From contig CM075993.1 of NCBI GenBank assembly GCA_038087875.1, forward strand, positions 9,178,001 through 9,242,000: a DNA stretch of 64,000 nt, written 5' to 3'. Shown in pieces: positions 39,735 to 52,657 of this stretch. Below the pieces are notes generated by a model. The model saw only the letters and a program-made list of their open reading frames with translations. It ran no database searches and had not been told where the DNA came from. Each line of letters starts with the position of its first letter. Position 1 is the first letter of the stretch. This DNA is from Malacoraja senta (Eukaryota). The translations under genes and the position numbers were made by a program.

Positions 39735-40993
39735 TAAAAATTAGGAGTAAAATGCGCCCATTCGACAGATTCAGTCTGCGCCACCATTCGATCATGGCTG
39801 ATCTATTTTCCCCCTCGCAACCCTATTCTCCTGCCTTCCCCCCCATAACCATTGACACCTTACTAATCAAGAACCTATCAATCTCTATTTTACAAATATT
39901 CAATAACAACCCCCACAGCCACCTGTGGCAATGAATTCCACAGATTCACCACCCTCAGCCTAAAGAAATTCCTCATCTCCATTCAAAAGGTACGTCCTTT
40001 TATTCTGAGGCTGTGCCCTCTGGTCCTAGACTTTCCCACTACTGGAAATCCTCTCCAAATCCATTCCATCTAGGCCTTCATTATTGGTAAGTTTCAATGA
40101 GGTCCCCTTCATCCTTCTAAACGCCAGTGAGTACGGGCTTAGAGCCATCAAACACAACTCATACATTACCCAATCATACCTAGGATAATTCTCATAAATC
40201 TCCTCTAAAACCCTCTCCAATGCCAGCACATCCTTCCTCATTTATGGGACCCAAAACTGCTCACTAAATTCCAAATGTGGCCAGACCAGCACCTTGGATT
40301 TACCTTTGTTACTACTGACTAATTAACCTTTGGGGAATCCTGCACCAGCACTCCCATGTCCCTTTGCTCAATCAATTTCTCAATCCACCCCACATTTAGA
40401 AAATAGTATGCCCCTTATTCCTCTACCAAATTGCATGACCGTACTTTGCCCCTTCTCCCAACCTGTCCAAGTCCTTTTGCAGTCTCCCTCCTTCCTCATC
40501 ACTACCTGCCCCTCCTCCTATCTTCTTATCATCTGCAAACATGGTCATAAAGCCATCAATTTAATCATGCAGATAATTAATATATAACGTGTAAAGTAGC
40601 GGACCCAACACTGATCGCCATGGAACACCACTAATCAGCGGCAGCCAACTAGAAAAGGCCCCGTATATTTGCACTCTTTGCATTCTGCGAGTCAGCCAGT
40701 CTTCTACCCATGCTAGTATCTTGCCTCTAATATATTAGACTCCTATCGTGTTTAGCAGCATCACAGGTGGCACCTTATCAAAGGCCTTCTGAAAATCCAA
40801 GTAAACAACATCCACTGACTCTCATTTGTCTATCCTGCTTGATACTTCCTCAAAGAATCCCAACAGATTTGTCAGGCAAGATCTTCCCTTACCAAAACCA
40901 TGCTGACTGGTCTATTTTGAGTACCCCAAAATCTCATCCTTAATAATGGACTCTAAAATCTTACCAACCACTGAAGTCAAACTAACCGGCCTA
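39735..40993 (-). mobile_element. Degenerate CR1 fragment
   Basis: Minus-strand RPVSLTSVVGKILESIIKD and a CR1 3' UTR. Confidence 0.88.
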
Positions 40994-41670
40994 ACCAGGG
41001 TGGGTGTGGGGGAGGAGGGGTTGTGGGGGAGGGGGGTTGTGAGGGCGGGGCGGAGGGGCGTGGGGGGAGCGAGCTCGGAGAAAAGATGGGGAAGAGCCAT
41101 GGGGGAGAGGGAGGCATCACGGGGGAGGAGGAGCCAGCGAGGGGGACCAGAGGGGTAGTGGCTGGAATTGGCGGTGCGATAGGGGCTCACAGCAGGCGCT
41201 GGTCGCTGGTCGTTCTCCTCTGCCGGGATCTGAGTCTCCGCTTTCCGTTTGGCGACATCTCAGACTCTGGGCTGGGGCGGGTCTCCAACGCTGGGCTGCT
41301 GCTTGGGACGGGGCAGCTGCTTGGGGCGGGGCTGGGCTACTTCGGGTCCCTCGAAAGTCCGGTTGGAAACTTCCGCCGGCCACCCTCAGCTCCAGTAAAG
41401 ACGCGATGGTGCAGGAAGGGACGGACCGTCACGGGGAGTGACAGGGGAAGAGGCTAATCCGCGCGGCGCTGACTGGCAGAAGCGATCGATCTGCGCACAC
41501 GCGGTTGTTAAGATTTTTAAACCTCGCTAACTTTAACGACATTCAACCAATGGAAATGAAACTCGGTGCACTGGCAGCACAGGAGACAAGTGAGTGAACT
41601 GCCGAAAAATCGTTGCGCTATCGCGAAGCGTTTTTGCCCAAATACAAAGACCGCCAAACCGGAAGATAAG
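40994..41670. repeat. Unclassified GC/CpG-rich interspersed repeat fragment abutting the CR1 copy
   Basis: Abrupt compositional switch at the CR1 breakpoint; no credible ORF; termini not resolved. Confidence 0.4.
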
Positions 41671-44050
41671 AGGGGGGGGGGGGGGGAAGGTGTGGGTGTG
41701 TGTATATATAATTAAACTCCCATCGTTTTTTTTTTACCCTTTTCCCTTAACTTTACCCACATGGTTTCTACTGTATATCTTCTGATCTAATGTCGTTTCT
41801 TGCCAAGAACAGGACCGTACACAACCTCTGCTCTTTCTTATACTTATTCCTCCTTATCTGCTTTAAATAGAGCTGAACATTGATTGAACTGCTGATAATG
41901 CCCAGCACCCCCCATCATCCATTTCCCTCGTTTAGGACTACCTCTGTGCTGGCAGGATAGCTGATAAAGTTATGGATATGACATTATTTCCTACAATTCC
42001 ATTGGGTTGTTTTTTTTGTTTTTTTAAACAGGGACAATTTATGGACTGTCCACCAAGGCTCTGCCACTAACAGAGTGCTTAACCCACAGCCTACTTCAAA
42101 CTCACAAAATGGATCTGTTAGATCCATTGTTAGAATAAAGCACTCTTTTAACCCTGTTAATGTCAAAACCTTTGTCTACTCGTCCATCATTTCTGAACTT
42201 TAAATTCTTCAATAGTGCTCCCATATTCTCCAACTTCCCAATTATTCCTCAAATAAAAATCTTCCTCTTTCATCCTGTTCTAGTCAGTCAAATACAAATT
42301 CCTATGACGCTTTGTCCCATCTTACATTCAAAAATTCCCAGCCTTAAATTCCCTCTTGTCCTGACTCCACCCGCTCACACATTCTTCCCTCATGCATCAT
42401 TCCCTTAGCTAGTAGAAGGGGCATTTAATGCAGCAGCCTTCCCTTGAGAACTCCTTCCCAAAACATTTGTATCACTCTGCCCCCTTCACTTCATTCAGAA
42501 GGCTTTCTCAAAAATTGATGTACATTAAAACTCTATAATCTGTAAATCACAATGGTTCCACATCTAGTTCTCTAGATGTGCTCCCTTACATCTCATTGGG
42601 TCCTAGCTCCCACACTTCCTTCAACACACTGGAGCCTCCGTTCTTCCATTCACTTAAAACTCACCATACTCACTGGAAAATGTGTTATAGTATTGTGTAG
42701 CATCATGAAAAAGTAAAATGTGCATTGGTGCATTAAGAAACAAAATCCAATTGTGCTCCCCTCCCTCTCACTTCTATATACTGGCCATCTTCCTTCTCCA
42801 CTGTCCTGTTGCTGGTTCTTGACCTGAAAAATGCTGACCAACCCTTTGCCTCCACAGATGCTGCCTAACTCACTGATTTCTTCCAGCAGTTTATCTTTTG
42901 CTTGAGTCTGGAAAGATCTTAAGTGTACTAGATTAACTGTTCAATTATTTAAAAGTCATTCAAATTTATTCTAATCTGTTGAAGGTCCTTTGGGGAATTG
43001 AAATTTGTCTGATGAGTGATGAAACAGGGGCTCTCAGCTACGTATCATGTATTTGCACAGTCTCTTCAACCTCCAAATTAAAAAGCATCAGTTTTTAAAT
43101 AAAACTCTGGTATCCAGGTGGTAAACTGTTGCAATTTTATTTTACTGTTGGATATAATTTGAATTTAAAATAAATATGTTTCTTTACACCTCAATGTTTG
43201 TTGATAAATGCCATGTACCTTGACAACTTAGCGTTAGATATTAATTATATTTGAAGGTCAGTACATATAAGCCTAACCTATTCATGAAGGTTGCAGCTAA
43301 TTTGGCACTTGACCTTTTACAGTCAACACAGAAATAACAGGGCTCTTTCACATACAACATAGAAGGCCTGTACTTCATCCAAACAAAGTAAGGTTTAACA
43401 GTAATGTTCCAAACACTCCTTGGCTTGCTGCATTTTCCAGCTAACCAACATTAAGCAAATGCATGAGAGAAAGTTACTATAAAAGGCACAGAAGAGGTAC
43501 ATATGCAACTCTTGCTTCCACTTCCAGGAAAGCAGTTTAAAAAAATGCTTTCTGCTTGAAACATCCATATCCAATTGTCATTTCATGACTGTTGCCTAGA
43601 CTATATTTAAATATTGCCAAAAAGCAGCATTGTGGAGTAATGAGCTCTGTTATCAGTTTCAAGCATGTGGACAAAAAACAAATGGTGGAAGCTGCCATTC
43701 ACTCAGAATATCTGTAAAGTTGAAAGCTCATGTAACTATGGTATTTTCTCAATACTTGTGACTTAAAATTAATAACTTTACCAGCACAGAAAAGCACATT
43801 CCTGGGACTGAAAAATAATCTACTTCTTACTGATCAAAATCTCAATTTCATGCAACTCACAGGAAACTCTTTTCAATCATGTCAAAAAGCAACCATTGAT
43901 GTAAAAGGAGTGAACACAACCAGCCCGTGAATATCCATGAGATCGCAATCCCCACCCATTTTAAGTCATTCCAACTGAACCAATACTGTGTTTGCTGCCA
44001 GATTAAAATGATCCTAATGCAAGACACCTGGTGCAAAAGATGAGAAATTA

Positions 44051-47000
44051 AACCCCTGTCTCACGGTGCGAGCTGACCCACGAGGTACCCCGAGCTTAAA
44101 ACAAATTTAACTCGTGGTAATCACTTACGATTAACATTGTGGGAACGTCGGAACTCGTGGACGCAACTTAGCGACTCGTGGCGCTAACGGCAGGTACCCG
44201 TGAAACTTGTTAACTCTTGAAAAAGTTCAAACATGTTTAAAGTTTTCCACGAGTAAAATTTACTCTTGAGGTTAAAAATGGAAACATTTAAACTCGTTGT
44301 AAGAACTTGGTGGCCCTTGAGTTAAACTTAGTGACTCTTGAGTCTACCGTGTTGGATTAACGTTTCGAGTGCGATCTTTCATCAGAGCCGCGTTTAATTA
44401 ATAAATCCAGCCACGGTATTTTGACATCAGTTAGAATTTCTTCTGGAATATGATCTATTTCGCTTTAATTCATAAAATGAGTGAGGAAGAGTCACTGGAG
44501 TTTGAAGAAGCGGTGAGAAACCACAGCCAGTCCGCCACGGAGAACATGCCAGATTATAAACCAGACCAAGCCACCACTCCAGAACCCAGGACTCAGCCAC
44601 CAACGGCAGCGGTGGCACCCAGGAGAAGAACCAGTGGCGGCGGGAGGTCCCGACGTTGAAGCAGCCCAGAAAAGTTGATCCCAAGCATTGGGCTGAGTAT
44701 CTGGAAAGAGCCAGGAAGAACGCCGCAGCCAAGCCAACAACAACAACGCGAGGAATCACAGATAAACCTCAGGGGGGTTCCCAGGCATCTGTGGAGGGAA
44801 GGGAAGCGTCGGGAGATGACCAGGATAGCCCAGTGGACGAGGAATTCATCGCGGTGACCACCAGGCGGCCACGAGAGGTTCCAATCACATTGGTATCTCC
44901 TCGCATAAGGCCAAAGGATCCCCATGCGAATGGAGCGCCAGTGGTGGCACAGTCTCCAATGCTGGTACAGACCACACCACCTAACGAAAGGGAGACAACG
45001 TTTCCAATGAGCCAGGTGTCCACATACCCCAGTCTGCATCCTGTGCCTACAGATTCCATTGATAAAAGGAGACCGGGAGGTGTCAAAGCCCCAACTGTAA
45101 CTCCCCAACAACCCAATGCTGAAGGGCAAATGACGTTCTCCGATGATATTTTGGATCTTCATGTTACCCATGCACCTACCCCAGCCACAATGCGGATGGC
45201 CACACCAGAGGCAGATATAATCCCACCAGGAGAACATACAACACAAGTGGAGGTCTCTAAAGGCGGGAGCGTGACCATCAGTGGCGGCCACCATCACCCT
45301 ATGACCACCAAAGACCATGGTCATCAAGTCCCGCTTGAGCCCAGGCAGAAAGCCACAGACTCTCCACCCCCCTTGCTATCCACCACTGTCAGCCAGCGGA
45401 GCCACACTGTCACCGACGCCTCAGTTTCCAAACCAAGGCTTTGGGGACGAAGACGGAAACAGCCATACAGGCGTCGATACGGCCGGCCAGGTGTTAACAA
45501 ACACTGGTATAGCATTGTGAGACCGGTTCGGCGGAGACACGGCGGGTCGGCACTGACAGTCACATCGCAACTCCGCTATCACCGAAGTCCCACTGCGACT
45601 CCCGTTCCCACTGTCCCTTCCCACACAGACTGAGATAGCACTGATGGAGAACGCCGGAGTTCCCCCTCAGCCACAGATCCAGTTTGGCAGAGGTCCCTTG
45701 GAGGAAGACGATCGGGCAATCAGTCCCGATAGCAACGCACAAGCCCCCACTTGGAAAACCACGACACAACCGCTGGCGACCAGTCCAGGCACCAGCCCGA
45801 ACCCTACCTTACTAGCTATCAAGAGACCTACAGAAAGTCCACCCCAAATTATCTACTCAACATATACTCCAACCACTATCCAGCCTACCAGCCAGCCCCA
45901 CAAGACTGTTCGTGGAAAGATCCCTTGGGATAGGCTTTTCGGGTTCAATAGTCAAAGGGATGTACTCCGGAGGCTTCGGAAACCCATGAAGGGTACCGGG
46001 CCTAAAATTGTTACTCAAAGGACGTTCGTTCTGACCAAGCCGACTCTCCAAGATGTGGTGACCTCGGTGCCAATGGTAGAACTCACGGTATTCCCTCTCA
46101 ACACCCCACGTACCCAAGACACCACCACCGGACAAACCACGCGGGTTACCATTACCTCTGCCGGCAAGATTACAAGGACCATCCTCCCATCTACCGTTGA
46201 AACGGCGGCGGTCACTACAGAGACCACCCCTATCACAGTCACCACTACCCGGGCAACCTTCACCACCAGACAACGGCCGTTCTTCCGGCGCAGGAGACCG
46301 GGAAAGCCCTTCGGTAGAACCAAGAGCCGAGCGTTCTTTTCGAGGCCCACCTCCGGACGGAATCGCTCGGTGGCGTCGGCGGCTGAGAACAGGAAGACAA
46401 TACTAGACACGACGAAAACTAGATTGGCCGTGACTCCGACTGTCCCAGTAACCACAAAAGCGCCTCTTCCTGTTGCAGTAGAGACCAGCACTTGGAACAT
46501 TGGTGCGCACTGGAGACGTTACCCTTACTCCAGCTTAAATTTATTACGTCGTTATTAACGGCCAGTATTTGAAAGGTTATCCTTTAAATGAAATAGTTAT
46601 TGCCATTCCTAAAGGCTTTTGCGAAAACTTAAACCGTGGTTTATTATTAAGATACTTGCGAATGTTGTTTCATTAACAAATGCTCCTGCAGTGTAGATGA
46701 CATGTGCATGTACCTTTAACATAGTGACCTCACCACTACTAACCACTCCCCACATCACTAGTATAATTACAACCTTCCCACCCAGTGCTCTCGCTCTCTG
46801 GTTCCGGTGACAGACCACGAACAGCTAGGGCAGTAAAGTATGTGTATCATGAATAAACAGTAGTAAAGACACAGTGTGTTATGACACCTCTTTACATGTA
46901 GTTACTGAGTTCAATTTAAAAACACAACAGTGCCTTCAGTGGATTTATTTCTAAAAAAAAACCTTTATTCATAAAAAGATGTACAGGATATGCAATACAC

Positions 47001-48039
47001 CAATGCCATGTGTAATTTCAAAAATAATCTTTCTCCTGAATAAAAATATGTATAAAACAAAAACCGTGCGAAATCTTTTCATAGATTCTCAGTGGTTAAT
47101 GCCTTCGGTATTTTTCTAAAATAAACTTTACTCAGAATAAGAAATGTGCACAAAACAAAAACAGTGCAATGCATTATCAGTGTCTATACATTCAATAGTG
47201 TCATACTTAGGACTGTTTCCATCTATATTTAAACTAAACTCTCTTGTCGCTATGTGCCCCTTGGGGTGATATCCCTACCCTTGTCTGACGGGTGTCCCCA
47301 TTTCAATATCCTGCAGCGGAAGGGCCATAGACTGTGGTCCAAATGAACTGCACGTAAATGCAATGCAGATACAAATATTCTGTGTCTGTGTCTGCCATTT
47401 CCGTCTTTAAGGCTTCCATGTCACAATTGCCAGTTCAATGAGTAATTCGGCTTAATTCAGATTTTATATGCGGATGCGAATAGTTTAATTATAAAGTTTA
47501 AATTCTATTAAATATGTTACAGGGGAAAAACGTCCAGCAATGAAAAGACATCCCTGTATTTAAATAGCGCCCATCACAAACTCAGGAGGTTCCAACGTCT
47601 ATTACAGTAAAGGAAGTACAGTGAACGTACTTGGATAAACATAATGTTGAGCATGAATATTGTTTCGTTTAAAAACGGTGGTAACAAGGTTTGTAAATAT
47701 GCAAAGGCAGACAAAAAATGCTGGAGAAACTCAGCGGGGGAGGCAGCACCTACGGCGAGAAGAGATATGCGACGTTTCGGGTCGAAACCCTTCTTCAGTA
47801 ACACTGTTGCTTATTAAAACAGACCTTCATTCACGTTTGGCTCAAGAGTAACTCGGGAGAGGAATTTGGTAACTCGGGAGACAAACTTGGAACATCGCAG
47901 AAATGACAAGTTAACGGCAAACCTAGTCATACCCGTGGGAACTCGGTTAAACTCTTGATCATACACTTGGAATCTCGTACACAACCACGAGTCTTTCACT
48001 CGTACCTCGTGGGTCAACTCACACCGTGAAACAGGGCTA
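44051..48039. mobile_element. Non-autonomous PIF/Harbinger-like TIR element carrying a captured host-gene fragment (Pack-type)
   Basis: 38-bp TIRs at 44051-44088 and 48002-48039 with 5 mismatches; TTA on both flanks (44048-44050, 48040-48042); subterminal ACTCGTG/CACGAG repeats; no transposase ORF seen. Confidence 0.85.
44477..46558 (+). pseudogene. IGSF10: Captured IGSF10-like central mucin-like region, about 690 codons with two frameshifts
   Basis: RKVDPKHWAEYLERARKN, EASGD..DEEFIAVTT, KHWYSIVRP and RGKIPW occur in the same order as motifs recalled from IGSF10 (RRIDPQHWAALLEKAKKN, SSG...EEF, RHRYSIFR, KIPW). No LRR, Ig or signal-peptide sequence. Confidence 0.75.
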
Positions 48040-48700
48040 TTATACCAAGCATTTATAAATCAATGAGTTATAAATCAGTTAAATTACAATATTTAATTAT
48101 AAACACTGTATTTAGAAAGGATAACAATTATTAGGGTAAACAATCATTCTTCAGCAATCAAATAATGTTTTGCTTGTGTGCACCCACCACTAGGAAATGT
48201 GGTTGTGTACAAGGCTTGGTCAGGCCTTACCTTCACATAGAATGCAGAGCAGTTTGTGAGATCAGGGAGGTTGACATGTTTAAGTACAGGGGCCACTAGA
48301 GTCAATGGTTAAAGAATGAAATTGGATATTAGTTCACAGTTGGGATGTACTGGGATGGGTGGGTTGCAAGTTAGGAGCTTGGGTGGGGAAGATTACTATT
48401 GACAAAGTTGAGGTGTTGGAAGAAAGTCTAAAGGAATGCTGGATAAATAAATAACTTAAGGGGCCAAGTTTTTACGGTGCTGCCGTGTCACCGATCCCTT
48501 TTGTTGCACAGGTGTCAGCTTCAAAGGAGCAATGAAAGCATGTATTTGGCATCCTCACTTAGAATGTCAGATGCAAAGCATCCAGAATCACAATCACAAA
48601 CTTCATGATACAAAGCTGATTTTCAGTGGAAGTGTCTCACTGTGATGGTAAATATTCAAATAATTTAAACACTGAGTTCATAATTTCAAACTAAACTTAC

Positions 48701-48812
48701 GCCCGTTTCTCCTCATTAATGCTATCCAACTTCCCGCCAATAAAGATACGCAATTTGCAACCAGACCACTTTTTCCGTGTCGTTAACAGATACGGAATGA
48801 GAATCGTCAAAC
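48701..48812 (-). CDS. SLC12A1: SLC12A1 exon ([37 protein letters not shown])
   Basis: 112-nt exon; conserved LIPYLL...CKLRI motif; AG/GT sites. Confidence 0.97.
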
Positions 48813-49798
48813 CTATTAAAGCAAAGATATTGGGATTAAAAATTAAGTGAGATTGGCTATATATTCATTTAACATTCAAAGATTTTTTTATACAATAGAT
48901 CAGTTATTCTAGGTAACAGATGAGAGCTAACTTTCACACCATCAATACATCAGATATGCTTTTAACATTTTCAATCAAAATATTTTTTACTCTATTATTG
49001 TTCCCCAAACATAGATTTTTCAGCTGGGAAAAAAGATACTGTACAGGTTTCATAAATGTTTTCAATATCAGCATACTTAGCCATGTTACGACATTCCTTC
49101 AAACCCCACCCCAGAAAAGGGTGCACAATCTACGTTAGCACTTCAGCGCATGACTGGGTTTGTGTTATACAGCTTTCAGATGTATTAAACCATTACCCCG
49201 TCTGCCCTTTTTAAGATGGATGTAAATGATCCAACCGCACGATCCGAATAGTACGTTGAATTCTTCCAGGAAGAATATTTCTCCCTTATTCAACATGATC
49301 ATTTTACCCCTGGATGTAGGAGTTTGCTATGTGTAAATTGGATGCCATGTTTTAAAATATAAAAGTGACTATGGTGTCACGGACACAGGCCAATCAGCCC
49401 AACTCAACAACGCCATCCAGTGGACACCCTCCATATTAATCCCAATCCCAGCAGTTGGTCCATTGCCTCATCTGCCAAGATCATCTAGATCATTAAATGC
49501 TGTTTGGAATTATTTCAATGACCATAAAATGCTTTCATGATCTTAATGTCATGAAAGATATCTTAATGCAAGCCTGTCCTACTTTCATAACCAAAGATCT
49601 TTTTAATTCAAATGAACACAGCCACAAAATCTTATAATTTTGATCCATGCATTAAAATTAGATGTGCTGGAAGGAACTGCAGATGCTGGTTTAAATCATA
49701 CACAAAATGCTGGAGTAACTCAGCGGGACATGCAGAGAAGGAATGTGGCCCTTCTTCAGACTGCATTAAAATTAGATGTTTTGGACAATATTTCATAC

Positions 49799-49921
49799 CT
49801 CCATCATCAAACAGCCACCAAACATCTATTGTGCCTTTCCCTTGATTCATTTGGAATTGAGCACTAGCTTCCAATTGGCGTTGATTGAAATTAGCAGCAT
49901 AGCCAGTAGCGATTTTAAAGC
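49799..49921 (-). CDS. SLC12A1: SLC12A1 exon (...[28 protein letters not shown])
   Basis: Hallmark [11 protein letters not shown] motif of NKCC/NCC; 123 nt; AG/GT sites. Confidence 0.97.
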
Positions 49922-50619
49922 CTGAATATGAAAAAGAAATCATTGTATTTTGTGTAGTTAATATTAACTGCCAAGGAACAGTGTACAAATTCACCAAGTC
50001 CTATTTATTCAATTTCGATAAATAAATCTAGTTTGTTAATTTGGGATTTGAGCCCATCTCAAATGTGGTCTGTTAATATTGGTTTCAGAGTGGTTTGAAC
50101 CAAAATCAAGCGAATAGGGCTCTAACATTTGACAGTTACATGGATCTAACAGGCTAAATGCCCCTGGAGAGGCAGAAATGTGCTGGACTGCAACATTTGG
50201 CTTAAAAGTCCACTGCTGGGAAAAGTGACAAGTCTTGTAAAAGGGAATAGCTCAAAGTATCAAATTACATCATCTTAGTGGAAAATATCCGTAAAAAGAC
50301 AAAGAGTTCTTTGTGATGAATAAGGTTCCCACTACAAGAATGGATGTGACATCTCACACAGCATTCATTTTCATGATCTTAAACACTATACAATTGCAGC
50401 ACAGAATTTTTGATAAATACATATTTGAAGGTCAGCCAGGAAGTGTCATGAAATTATTCCACTTGCATTGCTATTACTAGCTCTGCCCAAGGTGACCATT
50501 CCCTTAAAAATTGAGGATTGCATATTCTCAATCTTCATTTAATCTTATAACTCCCAAATTGGGGTCAAGCAAGGCTGTGTAAAATGTTGGGGGTTTAATG
50601 AACTAATTCTCACTGTAAG

Positions 50620-50920
50620 GGCAGCACGGTGGCACAGCGGAAGAGGTGCTGCCTTACAGTGAATGCAGCGCCGGAGACCCAGGTTCGATCCCGACTACGG
50701 GTGCTGTCTGTACGGAGTTTGTACATTCTCCCCTGCGTTTGTTTTCAACGAGATCTTCGGTTTCCTCCCACATTCCAAAAACATACAGGTATGCAGGTTA
50801 ATTGGCTTGGTAAATTTAAAAATTGTCTTTAGTGGGTGTAGGATTGTGTTAATATGTGGGGATCGCTGGTCGGCACGAACCCGGTGGGCCGAAGGGCCTG
50901 TTTCCGCGCCGTATCTCTAA
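50620..50920 (+). mobile_element. tRNA-derived SINE with CR1-like tail
   Basis: A box (GGTGGCACAGCGG), B box (GGTTCGATCCC), conserved core and 3' ggccgaagggcctgttt. Related copies at about 2340-2550(-), 4625-4772(+), 6075-6355(-), 14190-14505(-), 59349-59595(+) and 60808-61085(-). Confidence 0.88.
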
Positions 50921-52501
50921 AATAAACAAAGCCTCCTGCCGCCATGGAGCTAATCAGCAGGATAAATGAGAAGGTGATCAATCTCGGTTGCTTCCATTCC
51001 AGAACCAAGGTACTCCAATTTAATTTAGTACGTGCAAGTTGGAGCACATAGACAATGTTCATAAGGCTAAACTCTGAGCTCAGTGAAGTGTACAAGAAAA
51101 TTGACCTAATGCTTAAAATGTGCAAAAAACATCTTCCACCACTGCATATTACCATGCCCCCTCCCACCAAACAATGAAGATCCATGATAAAAGCCTGGAA
51201 ACTGAGGACCACTGCCCACATTTCAGGAGCCATTTCCCAATGAAGAGACACATCGATGAAGAAATTCTTAATTGCTTTCATTATGCCAGAACAACACTTA
51301 ATTATCTGGGGGAATTGGTTTTAAAATTAAGACCTCAAACATAACATAAACTCATGGTCCATTATGCACCAATCATCCCAGCGTGCTTCCCAGACATGGT
51401 TCAGCCATAGAGGGCAACTGATAGAACTAGAGAGGAATCACCAATTGGAGGGAATAGAAAGGGAGTTATTGGCAAAAGGAACAAAAAAAAAGTGATGAGG
51501 AAAAAAACTTACAAGTGGATATAAGAAATTGCAGATGCACGGGCCTAGAAAAAAATTACAGGTGAGGTGCTAGAAGACTGGAGAGTGGCAAACAATGTTC
51601 GTTCGAGGTTGTAAAATTAAGGTTCAAACAATTTTCTTGGTCTGTTTGTCAGGACTACCTAAACAGAAGAAACTTCTCACAAATAAAAGCCTAAACTCTC
51701 AACTTGGTATTGCAAGGATACTTGTGACAAGGGGTCTGAATGTTTACCCTATATTCCCTTATCTGGAGTGTGTCACTGATTCATTTGGTAGGCTTGAGGC
51801 TCCTTCATGCATGGCCCAGCCGGCTTGCCAAATTGCAAGCCACGCCACAAAGATTAACTATCACCAGTTACTATCACATACCCTGGCAATTATGCATTCT
51901 CTAATTGACTGTTACGATATTATTTCCAACTTCCAGATGTTTTACTTTTGATCTTTACTTGCCCATTGCTGGCTTCAAGTTACTTTTATTGCAACAATTC
52001 TTATCTTGTATGTCAGATTATATTTCTTCAACCATATGGCAACCTTGCCAGTTTAAACGTTTTTGTTAGATTCATAACCATACCACAGATCTTACTTGGG
52101 ATTACCTAATTGATCTTGGACACTATATTTCATACATTATCAAAAACAAATCTCAATCGTGGGTCAAAAGCTGTGAAGATAATTTTCCCCATTCTATTCT
52201 GTGTGGAGAATTGCTTACGACTTTATTGCATCCTCCTTCTGGATTCCTGCTTCGGAAAAACAATGCTTTTATCTGCCGTACATATTCTCATTTACCATTT
52301 TATTTCTCAGAGCCTCTCACAGCAATTCTAGCAAGTGACTAATGAAATCCTCAAAATTACAGATACCCAGATTCAACTATTTTGCCAAGAAACTCTAATC
52401 TTCACTTGCCACCTGCTGGAATTGTACTCCAAAATCGGGCAATCTCACTTAGTTCATTAACTAGCCATTTCCACATTTTAGTGTTGGTGGACATGCTTTA
52501 C

Positions 52502-52657
52502 CTTGCTGAGCATTCACTGCTAGTGAAGTATTTGCACTATATTTCACAGCTTTGTTCAAGAATTTCAGTGAACGGATACCACGCTTTCCATCCTCTTGTT
52601 CATCTTTCTTAGCAGATTCCAATGCTAGTCTTTCTAGTTCTTGCCTTTGCATTTCTT
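52502..52657 (-). CDS. SLC12A1: SLC12A1 exon (EEMQRQELERLALESAKKDEQEDGKRGIRSL...AQQ)
   Basis: 156-nt phase 1-1 exon with AG/GT sites; NKCC2-like ELERL...EDG.GIR segment. Confidence 0.9.

Noticed and set aside
44477..46558. Reading the Thr/Pro-rich ORFs as a resident mucin gene, viral glycoprotein or Harbinger Myb/SANT protein
   Set aside because: No signal peptide, transmembrane segment or Trp-spaced Myb motif, and no flanking exons. The region is bounded by TIRs and its motifs fit IGSF10.
50620..50700. Possible tRNA gene
   Set aside because: The A/B boxes continue into a SINE core and LINE-like tail, and the sequence is repeated many times in the window.
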